46,242 nucleotides of DNA from an uncultured Phycisphaeraceae bacterium (GTDB lineage Bacteria; Planctomycetota; Phycisphaerae; Phycisphaerales; Phycisphaeraceae): positions 1-46,242 of the forward strand of contig CAYSIX010000001.1 of the NCBI GenBank assembly GCA_964431205.1, written 5' to 3'. Below, piece by piece: positions 24,911 to 33,244 of the stretch (position 1 is the stretch's first letter; each line of letters opens with the position of its first letter). The position numbers and the translations under genes are program-made. The notes beneath the pieces are model-generated. The model was not told the DNA's origin, made no database searches, and worked only from the letters and a program-made list of their open reading frames with translations.

Positions 24911-26037
24911 GCCGTCTCACCAACCAGGAGACTGACCGGGACGACCTGACGCAACGGTGGCGCGTCGATCCCGTCGCGCATCTCTTCGATCACCTGCCGC
25001 GAGCGGCGTCCCATCTCGTGAAGCCCGAGGTTGATCGAGGACATGGGCATGGGCCAGTCTCCATCCTCTAACACGGGCCCGGCGCCGACGATGGCCAGGT
25101 CCTGCGGCACGCGGACCTTCGCGGCGAGGGCCGCGAGCAGTCCGCCGCGAGCCATGAAGTCCGAGGCGAAAATGATCGCATCCGGACGGTGTTCAAGACC
25201 GAGAAGGCGTCGCGTAGCCTCGGCCCCATCGCTTTCCCCGTAGCCGGCCGTGACCTTCCAATCGGAACGAACCTCGAGCCCGTGCGCGGCGATCACCGCT
25301 TCGAACGCCTCCAGCCACCGGCCCGTGCTGAATCGCTCGGGGCCGGCGACCACGATCGCGATGCGTTCGCGCCCCCTGCGGACCAGGTGGCCGACGGCCT
25401 GGGCGATGCCGCTGCTGTAGTTGGGCACGATGCAGTGACTGAACCCGTCGACCACATCGCTGAACAAGAGCACGGTCGGGAGCTGCCTGAGGCGAGACAA
25501 CGCCAGGAGACAGGAGTTGATGGGCGACATCATGACCAGGCCATCGAGGCCCGAAAGCGGCAGACAGGCGTTCAGCTCTCGCTCGCTGTTCAGCTTCGCT
25601 GGGACGTCGAAGAGGCGCACGGCCACGTCACCGGTCGCGTCACGCAGGCCGGCGACGATCGGCCGAAAGAACGGGTACCCGTCGGCGAGGCTCGCGAACG
25701 CGATGCCCACGCTCAGCGTCTCGCGAACGGTCGGGTCTCGCCGCCGCTCCAGCTCATCAACGCTGCGCGCCACGATGGTGCCGGCACCCGGCTTGGCGAT
25801 GACCAGCCCCTCGGCCGCCAGCGACTGAAGCGATCGGCGGATGGTCATCTCGCTGATGCCCCAGCGGGCGCTGAGCTCACGTTGGGTTGGCAGCTCGTCG
25901 CCGGCCTGAAGCACGCCGTTGGCGATCTGACGCCGAATCAGGTCGGCGATCTGCAGATACAGGTGGACCCCATTGCCCCGCTGGACCTGCGCGCCGATCA
26001 CGTCAATCGAACGTGATTGCGATATCGTTGATGCCAT
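24907..26037 (-). CDS. AraR-type regulator: GntR-family winged-helix DNA-binding domain + LacI/PBP1-type sugar-binding domain
   Basis: ORF 24907..26097. Start moved to ATG 26037 (MASTISQ) because 26097 would overlap the divergent gene start. LYLQIADLIRRQIANGVLQAGDELPTQRELSARWGISEMTIRRSLQSLAAEGLVIAKPGAGTIVA is a GntR HTH. It is followed by a periplasmic-binding-protein-like effector domain (LSVGIAFASLADGYPFF...). Confidence 0.75.
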   Translation of the reverse strand: MASTISQSRSIDVIGAQVQRGNGVHLYLQIADLIRRQIANGVLQAGDELPTQRELSARWGISEMTIRRSLQSLAAEGLVIAKPGAGTIVARSVDELERRRDPTVRETLSVGIAFASLADGYPFFRPIVAGLRDATGDVAVRLFDVPAKLNSERELNACLPLSGLDGLVMMSPINSCLLALSRLRQLPTVLLFSDVVDGFSHCIVPNYSSGIAQAVGHLVRRGRERIAIVVAGPERFSTGRWLEAFEAVIAAHGLEVRSDWKVTAGYGESDGAEATRRLLGLEHRPDAIIFASDFMARGGLLAALAAKVRVPQDLAIVGAGPVLEDGDWPMPMSSINLGLHEMGRRSRQVIEEMRDGIDAPPLRQVVPVSLLVGETA

Positions 26038-26095
26038 ATTGCAATGTTCCAATACTTGTGCTAGGTTGTCAAGACCACCGTAACGGAACGATGAC

Positions 26096-27268
26096 ATGTC
26101 GAAGAAAGAAGCGTCACTGGTCGTTGGGTTCGTAGGGGCCGGCTGGATGGGCGCGGCTCAACTCAAGCAGTTGGCCGGGCGACCCGGCGTCGAGGTCAAG
26201 ACACTGTGCGAGCCCAACACCGAACGAGGTCGACAGGCACTGGTTGAGGCGGGGCTGCGCAACACCCAGCTCGTCAGCGATTACGAGCCCATCCTCGCCG
26301 ACGAGACGATCGACGCGGTCTGGCTGGTCTCGCCCAACGCCCACCACGGGCCCCAGGCGATTCAGGCACTGGAGGCGGGCAAGCACGTGTTCTGCGAGAA
26401 ACCCCCGGCCACGCGGCTCGAGCAGTTCACCCGCCAGATCGAGCTGGAACGAAGCCACCCCGGGCTGATCACCTTCGTCGACTACATCCTCTACTTCGAC
26501 CCGATGGAACGCCGACTGCGCCGGATGGTCGCGGACGGACTGTTCGGCGAGCTGACGCAGGTGCAGGTCAACTATCGTCACCCGGTCAACACGGCCGGGG
26601 ACAAGGCCTGGAAGCTGCGCCGCGACGTGATGGGCGATGCGATCGGCATGGGCATCAACCACGCGATCTCCGTGTTGCTTTGGATCATGCAGGCCAACGG
26701 CGCCTCGCCCGTCAGCGTCTTCGCCACGAGCCAGTCGGCCAAGGTCCGCGGGTTCGAGGCGGACCCGATTTGGAGCATCCAGATCCGCTTCGACAACGAC
26801 GCCAGCGGGTTCTGCTTCGGAAACATCGACAGCGGCAACGGGTACGACGCGTACCACAACCTCTTCGGCACCGAGGGCGGGTTCGTGTTCGATTCCGGGC
26901 TGGATCGTGCTCAGAAGGTACGGTTCTGGTCAAAACACGTCGCCGACGGCGAGTGGGTGTACCCGCTGAACGAGTCCCGCTGCCGCGAGCAGGGCGCGAC
27001 GCCCTGGCCCGACGACACCACCACGCCGGATTCGGGCGACGTCATCCACCACCAGATCGGTGAGGCGATCACGCACTTTCTGGACTGCGTCACGTCGCGT
27101 ACGCCCTCGCCGTTGAGCTTCGCGAACGCGGCCACCATCGGCCAGATCGGCTGGGCGGCGCAGGTGTCCGCGATGACCAACCGACCGGTGCGCCTGCCTC
27201 TGAATGAAGCGTCACAGACGTCGCTGGCTGACCATGGCCGGGCATCTCAAGGGAGCCGTGCATCATGA
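26096..27268 (+). CDS. Gfo/Idh/MocA-family NAD(P)-dependent oxidoreductase
   Basis: 390 aa. VVGFVGAGWMGAAQL (Rossmann loop) and HVFCEKPPA (EKP motif). Confidence 0.85.
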   Translation: MSKKEASLVVGFVGAGWMGAAQLKQLAGRPGVEVKTLCEPNTERGRQALVEAGLRNTQLVSDYEPILADETIDAVWLVSPNAHHGPQAIQALEAGKHVFCEKPPATRLEQFTRQIELERSHPGLITFVDYILYFDPMERRLRRMVADGLFGELTQVQVNYRHPVNTAGDKAWKLRRDVMGDAIGMGINHAISVLLWIMQANGASPVSVFATSQSAKVRGFEADPIWSIQIRFDNDASGFCFGNIDSGNGYDAYHNLFGTEGGFVFDSGLDRAQKVRFWSKHVADGEWVYPLNESRCREQGATPWPDDTTTPDSGDVIHHQIGEAITHFLDCVTSRTPSPLSFANAATIGQIGWAAQVSAMTNRPVRLPLNEASQTSLADHGRASQGSRAS

Positions 27269-28014
27269 AGGTGAAGATCGAACTCGACAGCCAGCGCTGC
27301 GGTCAAAGCGCGGCCGAGCTCGGCGCGACGCTGCTCCGCGAAGCGTTGGCGGAGCGCGGCAGGGCGACGATCGTCGTGGCCACGGGGGCATCGCAACTGC
27401 ACATGCTCGCGGCGCTGATCGACCAGCCTAACATCCGCTGGGACCGCGTCGAGGTCTTCCATCTCGATGAGTACGTCGGCCTGCCGATCACGCACCCGGC
27501 GAGCTTCCGGCGTTACCTCTGGGAACGATTCCATCGCCGACTGCCTCTGCCCGTCCACGCGTTCCATTACCTCGACGGGGAGCAGGACCCCCACGCCGAG
27601 GCCCGGCGTGTCGGAGATCTCATCCGTGAACATACGATCGACGTGGCGTTTGTCGGCATAGGAGAGAACGGGCACCTAGCGTTCAACGACCCGCCGGCCG
27701 ACTTCGACACCGATCAGCCTTATCTCGTGGTCGAGCTGGACGAGGCGTGCCGCCGTCAGCAGTTGGGCGAGGGCTGGTTCCAGAGCATGGATGAGGTCCC
27801 ACGTCAGGCGATCTCGATGAGCGTCCGGCAGATCACTAAGAGCCGCTCGATCGTCTGCACGGTCCCGGACGAACGCAAGGCCGCGGCCGTTAAGGCATGC
27901 GTCGAAGGACCGGTTACGAATGACGCGCCGGCTTCAATCCTGCAGCACCACGAGCACTGCACGCTCTTTCTCGATCAGGCCGCGGCTTCCCGGCTCGATG
28001 AGCAACCGGCATGA
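27265..28014 (+). CDS. nagB: Glucosamine-6-phosphate deaminase/isomerase
   Basis: 249 aa. ATGA overlap with the upstream gene. IVVATGASQLHML, VFHLDEYVGLP and the signature DVAFVGIGENGHLAFNDPPADF. Confidence 0.85.
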   Translation: MKVKIELDSQRCGQSAAELGATLLREALAERGRATIVVATGASQLHMLAALIDQPNIRWDRVEVFHLDEYVGLPITHPASFRRYLWERFHRRLPLPVHAFHYLDGEQDPHAEARRVGDLIREHTIDVAFVGIGENGHLAFNDPPADFDTDQPYLVVELDEACRRQQLGEGWFQSMDEVPRQAISMSVRQITKSRSIVCTVPDERKAAAVKACVEGPVTNDAPASILQHHEHCTLFLDQAAASRLDEQPA

Positions 28015-28967
28015 CGGCGCGTCACGGCTACGTCGACCTCCAGGTGAACGGCTACGCCGGCGTAGACTTCAACGGCGATGGCGAGCACGCGCTCACGCCC
28101 GAGTCGTTGCAGTCGCTCTGCAGCGCCCTGGACCGTGACGGCGTAACGCATATCCTCGCGACGTTCATCACCGACAGCGTCGACGTCATGGCGCAGCGGA
28201 TAACAAGGCTTGTCCGGCTACGCGAGACGGACCCGCTCGCCACGGAACTGATCCGTGGGATCCACATTGAAGGCCCCTTCCTCAACGAGACCCCCGGCTA
28301 CCGCGGCGCGCACCCGGCGGACGCTATTCAGCCGGCGTCGGTGCAGGTCATGGACCGGCTGCTCGACGCCGCCGCCGGCCTGACGCGAGTCGTCACTCTC
28401 GCCCCCGAGCGTGACCCGGGGCTGCGTGTGACCAATATGCTGAGCGAGCGCCGCATCGTGGTGTCGGCGGGTCACTGCGATCCGACGCTGGACGAGCTGG
28501 ACGCGGCGCTGGACGTCGGCCTGTCGATGTTCACCCACCTGGGCAACGGCTGTCCCATGCAGATGCACCGCCACGACAACGTGATCCAGCGGGTGCTGGC
28601 GCGCGCCGACCGGCTGTGGATCGGTTTCATCGCCGACGGCGTCCACGTGCCGTTTCATGCGCTGGGCAACTACCTTCGCCTGGCCGGCGAGCGGGCGATC
28701 GTGGTCACCGATGCCATGGCCGCCGCGGGGCGCGGGCCCGGACGACACCGGATCGCACGCTGGGAGGTCGACGTCGACGAAAACCTGGCGGCCTGGTCAC
28801 CCGATCGCAGCCACCTCGTCGGCTCCGCGATGTCGATGCCACAGGCCGAAGCCAACCTGCGGAATTGCCTTCAACTGGACGAAGCGACCTGTCGAGAGCT
28901 GCTCGTGAACCGACCCGCCCGAGCGGCGCAGCTCGAACCGGACCGTCGGACGTCTGACATCGCATAA
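28011..28967 (+). CDS. nagA: N-acetylglucosamine-6-phosphate deacetylase, short 'barrel-only' form
   Basis: 318 aa. ATGA overlap with nagB. Blocks match E. coli NagA in order: GYVDLQVNGYAGVDFN (cf. GFIDVQLNGCGGVQFN), GIHIEGPFLN, VSAGHCD, FTHLGNGCP, FIADGVHV, VVTDAMAAAG. The N- and C-terminal beta-sandwich segments are absent. Confidence 0.8.
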   Translation: MTARHGYVDLQVNGYAGVDFNGDGEHALTPESLQSLCSALDRDGVTHILATFITDSVDVMAQRITRLVRLRETDPLATELIRGIHIEGPFLNETPGYRGAHPADAIQPASVQVMDRLLDAAAGLTRVVTLAPERDPGLRVTNMLSERRIVVSAGHCDPTLDELDAALDVGLSMFTHLGNGCPMQMHRHDNVIQRVLARADRLWIGFIADGVHVPFHALGNYLRLAGERAIVVTDAMAAAGRGPGRHRIARWEVDVDENLAAWSPDRSHLVGSAMSMPQAEANLRNCLQLDEATCRELLVNRPARAAQLEPDRRTSDIA

Positions 28968-28979
28968 CCCATACACGCC

Positions 28980-30029
28980 ATGACTCAACACAACGACGTC
29001 CCCACCGCCGCGCCGCAAACCGTGGACGAGCTCGAGGATCGACTCTCGCAACCATCGCCCGGGCTGGTCGGTGACTTTCGCCAGCTGGAAGGCGATCTGA
29101 TCCTCCTCGGCGCCGGGGGCAAGATGGGTCCGACGCTGGCGCGGATGGCCCGGCGCGCGGCCGCGGAAGCGAACCGTCACGGGCGGGTGATCGCGGTGTC
29201 GCGGTTCAGTGACGCCAGCGCCCGCGATGCACTCGAATCGGCCGGCGTCGAGACGATCGCCGGTGATCTGCTCGACGAGCCGTTCGTCCGATCGCTTCCC
29301 GATGCCGAGAACGTCGTCTACATGGCCGGAATGAAGTTCGGCGCGACGGACAACGCCAGCCTCACCTGGGCGATGAACACGCTGCTGCCCGCTCGGATTT
29401 GTGAGCGATACGCTGCCAGCCGGATCGCGGCGTTCTCGACGGGCAACGTCTACGGCCTGACGCCGGTGACCGAGGGCGGCGCGGTTGAGACCGACCCGCC
29501 CAACCCGCAAGGCGAGTACGCGATGAGCTGTCTCGGCCGCGAGCGCGTCTTCGAGCACTACGCACGAATGCGCGGGACGCGGGTCTCGCTGTTGCGTCTG
29601 AACTACGCCTGCGAGCTGCGGTACGGCGTCCTGGTGGACCTGGCGTTGAAGCTCTGGTCCGATCAGCCGGTGGATTTGTCGATGAGCGTCGCCAACGTGA
29701 TCTGGCAGGCCGACGCCAACGCGATGGCGTTGCGTTCGCTGGCGCACGCGGCCAGTCCGCCGTTCGTGCTCAACATCGCCGGGCCCGAGCAGATCAGTGT
29801 CTGGCGTGTGTGTGAGACGCTCGGCGAACGGCTTGGCCGATCGCCGCAGTACACGGGCGAGCCCGGCGCCTCGGCGATCCTGAGCAACGGCCAGTTGGGC
29901 CACCGGTTGTTCGGCTACCCTCGGGTCCGCGTTAGCCTGCTGATCGACTGGGTCGCGGCGTGGGTGGCGCGGGGCGGGCCGACGCTTGGCAAGCCGACGA
30001 AGTTCGAGGTGCGCAACGGTCGTTTCTGA
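28980..30029 (+). CDS. NAD-dependent epimerase/dehydratase-like (extended SDR) protein with atypical active-site motif
   Basis: 349 aa. LILLGAGGKMGPTLARMA (GxxGxxG). AAFSTGNVYG. At the YxxxK position the sequence reads GEYAMSCLGRE (Y-x-x-x-C). Confidence 0.6.
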   Translation: MTQHNDVPTAAPQTVDELEDRLSQPSPGLVGDFRQLEGDLILLGAGGKMGPTLARMARRAAAEANRHGRVIAVSRFSDASARDALESAGVETIAGDLLDEPFVRSLPDAENVVYMAGMKFGATDNASLTWAMNTLLPARICERYAASRIAAFSTGNVYGLTPVTEGGAVETDPPNPQGEYAMSCLGRERVFEHYARMRGTRVSLLRLNYACELRYGVLVDLALKLWSDQPVDLSMSVANVIWQADANAMALRSLAHAASPPFVLNIAGPEQISVWRVCETLGERLGRSPQYTGEPGASAILSNGQLGHRLFGYPRVRVSLLIDWVAAWVARGGPTLGKPTKFEVRNGRF

Positions 30030-30080
30030 TCGGCCCGGACCGGCGCGCCGTGTCCACGCAACAGACCGGAAACGAAGACG

Positions 30081-31133
30081 ATGAGCCCGACGATTCGAGC
30101 GCGATTGCAGGCCGGCGTCGCCATCCCCGCGCACCCGTTGGCGCTGCGGCAAGACCGCCGGCTCGACGAACGGCGTCAACGCGCCCTGACACGCTATTAC
30201 CTCGCGGCGGGCGTCGGCGGGCTGGCCGTGGGCGTGCACACCACGCAGTTCGAGATCCGCCGCCCCGAGCACGCGCTGTTCGAACCCGTGCTGCAGATCG
30301 CGCGCGAGGAGATGGACCGCCACGAACACGCCGAGACGCTCGTGCGCATCGGCGGCATCTGCGGCCAGACGCGCCAGGCCGTCCGCGAGGCGGAGCTGCT
30401 GGTGCGGCACGGCTACCACGCCGGCCTTCTCTCCCTGGCCGCGCTACATGAAGCCACCGACGACGAGCTCATCGAGCACAGCCGCCGGGTGGCAAAGGTC
30501 ATCCCGATCGTGGGCTTCTACATCCAGACGGCGGTCGGCGGGCGAAAACTCCCGTACACCTTCTGGCGACGGTTCGCCGAGCTCCCCGAGCTGGCGGCGA
30601 TCAAGATCGCGCCGTTCAACCGGTACCAGACGCTCAACGTGGTCCGCGCAGTGGCCGAAGCCGGCCGCGACGACGTCGCCCTCTACACCGGCAACGACGA
30701 TAGCATCGTCACCGACCTGCTGACGCCCTACCGGTTCGGGATCGGCGGCCAGACCATCGAGCGCCGCATCGTCGGCGGGTTGCTCGGCCACTGGTCGGTG
30801 TGGACACGAAAAGCGGTCGAGCTGTTCCACGAGTGTCGCGAGCTCGCCAGCGGGAACGCCCCCGTGCCGATGTCCATGCTCGCCCGGGCCAACGAGGTGA
30901 CCGACTGCAACGCGGCGTTCTTCGACGCGGCCAACGGCTTCAAGGGCTGTATCGCCGGCCTGCATGAGGTGCTGCGCCGCCAGGGGCTGCTCGAAGGGCT
31001 CTGGTGCCTCGATCCGGATGAGACGCTCAGCCCGGGCCAGGCACATGAGATCGATCGGGTGTATGCTGCCTACCCGCATCTGAACGACGACGCGTTTGTG
31101 GCCCAGCATCGAGACGCCTGGTTGAGCGGATGA
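30081..31133 (+). CDS. Dihydrodipicolinate synthase / N-acetylneuraminate lyase-family (class I aldolase-like) protein
   Basis: 350 aa. AGVGGLAVGVHTTQFEIR resembles the GTTGE-type block. ELAAIKIAPFN is a candidate Schiff-base lysine strand. Family assignment is from memory of similar annotated proteins and is tentative. Confidence 0.45.
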   Translation: MSPTIRARLQAGVAIPAHPLALRQDRRLDERRQRALTRYYLAAGVGGLAVGVHTTQFEIRRPEHALFEPVLQIAREEMDRHEHAETLVRIGGICGQTRQAVREAELLVRHGYHAGLLSLAALHEATDDELIEHSRRVAKVIPIVGFYIQTAVGGRKLPYTFWRRFAELPELAAIKIAPFNRYQTLNVVRAVAEAGRDDVALYTGNDDSIVTDLLTPYRFGIGGQTIERRIVGGLLGHWSVWTRKAVELFHECRELASGNAPVPMSMLARANEVTDCNAAFFDAANGFKGCIAGLHEVLRRQGLLEGLWCLDPDETLSPGQAHEIDRVYAAYPHLNDDAFVAQHRDAWLSG

Positions 31134-32350
31134 CGATTCACGTGGATCTCGGTGAGATCGAACGGGCGAGGCAACGGATCGCCGGCGCGGTCGTCGAGAC
31201 GCCGTGCGTGCATTCCGAGGCGTTGTCGCAGCTCACCGGCTGCCGCGTGCTGTGCAAGCTGGAGAACCTGCAGCGGACGGGGAGCTTCAAGGAGCGCGGG
31301 GCGCGCCACGCGCTGGTGCGGCTGAACGGCGAGCGGGCGAAGCGCGGCGTGGTGGCGGCGTCGGCGGGCAACCACGCGCTGGCGCTGGCGTGCCACGGCC
31401 GGGAGCTGGGCATCGGCGTCACCGTCGTCATGCCACGGTTTGCACCGTTGACCAAGGTCACGCGTTGTCGAGGGTACGGCGCCGAGGTCGTGCTCCACGG
31501 CGAGACGTTCGCCGAAGCGCGCGCCCACGCCGACACGCTGACCGAGCGCGACGGGCTGACCTACATCCACGGGTTCGATGCGCCCGAGATTATCGCCGGT
31601 CAGGGCACGGTGGGCCTGGAGCTGCTGGAGCAGTGCCCGACGCTGGACGCGGTGATCGTGCCGGTTGGGGGTGGCGGGCTGCTGGCCGGCGTGGCGACCG
31701 CGATCAAGGGGCGCCGCCCGGGCGTGCGCGTCATCGGCGTCGAGCCGGCGCACGACGCGGGCTTCACCGCCGCCATGAACGCCGGCGGGCCCGTCCCCAG
31801 CCCCGGCACCGCCACGCTCGCCGACGGCCTGGCCGTGGGCCGCGTCGGCGCGCTCGCCTTCCGAACCGCCGCCCCGCTGACCGACCGCCTCGTCACCGTC
31901 GAGGAGTCGGCCATCGCCGTCGCCATTGTCCGCATCATGGAGCTGGAGAAAACCGTCGTCGAGGGCGCCGCCGCCGCCGGCCTCGCCGCTCTGCTCGATC
32001 CCCGCCTCCACGACCTGCGCGGCCGCACCGTCGCCCTCCTGCTCACCGGCGGCAACATCGACCTCAACGTCCTCGGCCGCATCATCGAGCACGCCCTGGT
32101 CACCGACGGCCGGCTGCTCCGCTTCACCGTCACCATCAGCGATCGCCCCGGCGGGCTCTCGCGCCTGACCACCCTCATCGCCGAGTGCGGCGCCAGTGTT
32201 CAGGACATCCGCCACGATCGCACCTTCGCCGGCCCGGACGTCAGCCGCGTCCGCGTCATCTGCCTCGTCGAGATCGCCGATCACCATCACGCCGACCGCA
32301 TGGTCCGGGCCCTCGAGCACGCCGGCTATCAGCTCGAACTCATCGCCTGA
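31130..32350 (+). CDS. Threonine ammonia-lyase-family PLP enzyme with C-terminal ACT-like domain (IlvA/TdcB-like)
   Basis: 406 aa. ATGA overlap with the upstream gene. PLP-lysine motif LCKLENLQRTGSFKERGARHAL. Glycine loop PVGGGGLLAG. The C-terminal ~80 aa (RFTVTISDRPGGLSRLTTLIAECGASVQDIRHDR) is ACT-like. Confidence 0.8.
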   Translation: MTIHVDLGEIERARQRIAGAVVETPCVHSEALSQLTGCRVLCKLENLQRTGSFKERGARHALVRLNGERAKRGVVAASAGNHALALACHGRELGIGVTVVMPRFAPLTKVTRCRGYGAEVVLHGETFAEARAHADTLTERDGLTYIHGFDAPEIIAGQGTVGLELLEQCPTLDAVIVPVGGGGLLAGVATAIKGRRPGVRVIGVEPAHDAGFTAAMNAGGPVPSPGTATLADGLAVGRVGALAFRTAAPLTDRLVTVEESAIAVAIVRIMELEKTVVEGAAAAGLAALLDPRLHDLRGRTVALLLTGGNIDLNVLGRIIEHALVTDGRLLRFTVTISDRPGGLSRLTTLIAECGASVQDIRHDRTFAGPDVSRVRVICLVEIADHHHADRMVRALEHAGYQLELIA

Positions 32351-33113
32351 CGACGCGCCGCGGTTCAGGCTCAGATGGACTCGACCACGCGGCGAGGCCG
32401 TCCACGCGCCCTTCGCCTCCCAGACGCCGACACGTAGCCAGCCCGGCGTGAATCATGCACCCGCCGCAGAACGAACCACAGCCGAAGGATCCGCACCCGT
32501 TCGAGCGTTCGGGCTCGCCCGCCAGACCAGACAGGACTGAGCCGCACACACGGTCTGGCGAGGATGTCAGGGGCCCCTTGGGGTGACACGACGTAACTGA
32601 CGATTACAAAAACACTTACGTTGGCGCAGCGCCCGTGACACCCTGACACATCGGCCATCAACAACTCATCTCCAGGCCTCCATATCATGCCCCCGCTATT
32701 GCAACCTGGAGATGATTCTGCGTTTTTGACACCTTCTCCGCTCCGCGTCGGGCCGCCTATTGCCGCACGGCGTAGACCCGCCGCTTCATCGCCGTGTCGA
32801 TCATCCGGTCGCCGTCCGACGCGGCGATGATCCACGGCGACCGGACGCTCAAGCCGAACGGCCGGCCCTGTCGCAAGCTCGTGTTCAGAGAGGGGGGATC
32901 GACGAATCCGGCCAAACAGACGCTGGGAGAGTGTTGGAGAGTGTTTAAGACCCGCGTCTTCCACGGGACCTACCGGGCAGAGGCGGGGACTGGTTCCGAT
33001 CGGGTATCGATCGAGCTTGCTTGAGCGCGGGCCCGGTGAAACCACGACGACGATCGTCCTCGGATAGGCGAATGGCGTCGCGATCACCTGCGCGCCCCGC
33101 CCGCACAAACGAA

Positions 33114-33145
33114 CAAGAGGCGGCAGAAAGCTCTGCCGCCTCTTG
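33114..33145 (-). terminator. Hairpin terminator candidate downstream of the 33245..34090 gene
   Basis: CAAGAGGCGGCAGA (33114-33127), loop AAGC, TCTGCCGCCTCTTG (33132-33145): a 14-bp perfect stem. On the minus strand it is followed by TTCGTTTGT, on the plus strand by CGAGATTCTTCTTC, so it could act bidirectionally. Confidence 0.5.
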
Positions 33146-33244
33146 CGAGATTCTTCTTCGGACGGTTGATCGGTGCCGCTGTGATGAGGGTCGTCAGACG
33201 CCGCCCTCATCCGAACCGATCGAAGAACCGTGCGTCATGAGCGC

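Noticed and set aside
26038-26095. Possible operator CTTGTGCTAGGTTGTCAAG in the divergent regulator/operon spacer
   Set aside because: Only the outer CTTG/CAAG tetramers are symmetric and the interior is not palindromic. This is too weak to call a binding site from sequence alone.
28797-30419. 540-aa minus-strand ORF, with similar long overlapping ORFs at 31070..32320 (-), 31204..32451 (+), 8791..10230 (+), 33230..34588 (+), 40568..41785 (-), 41782..42921 (-), 35256..36287 (+), 36753..37739 (+), 14499..15563 (+), 42893..43708 (+) and 43832..44767 (+)
   Set aside because: All are Arg/Ala/Pro/Gly-dominated translations typical of off-frame or antisense reading of high-GC genes. Each is fully overlapped by an ORF carrying recognisable enzyme, transporter or regulator motifs.
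32707-32721. Sigma54-like spacing TGGagatgattcTGC (GG and GC 10 nt apart)
   Set aside because: Only the GG/GC dinucleotides match the consensus TGGCAC-N5-TTGC. The site overlaps one arm of an inverted repeat. No plus-strand gene follows, and no bEBP-type activator is in the window.
32371-33210. 279-aa minus-strand ORF filling the large intergenic gap
   Set aside because: The composition is not protein-like (runs of R/P/S/G, no motif). It reads straight through the 14-bp terminator-like hairpin at 33114-33145, and no RBS or start context is evident.
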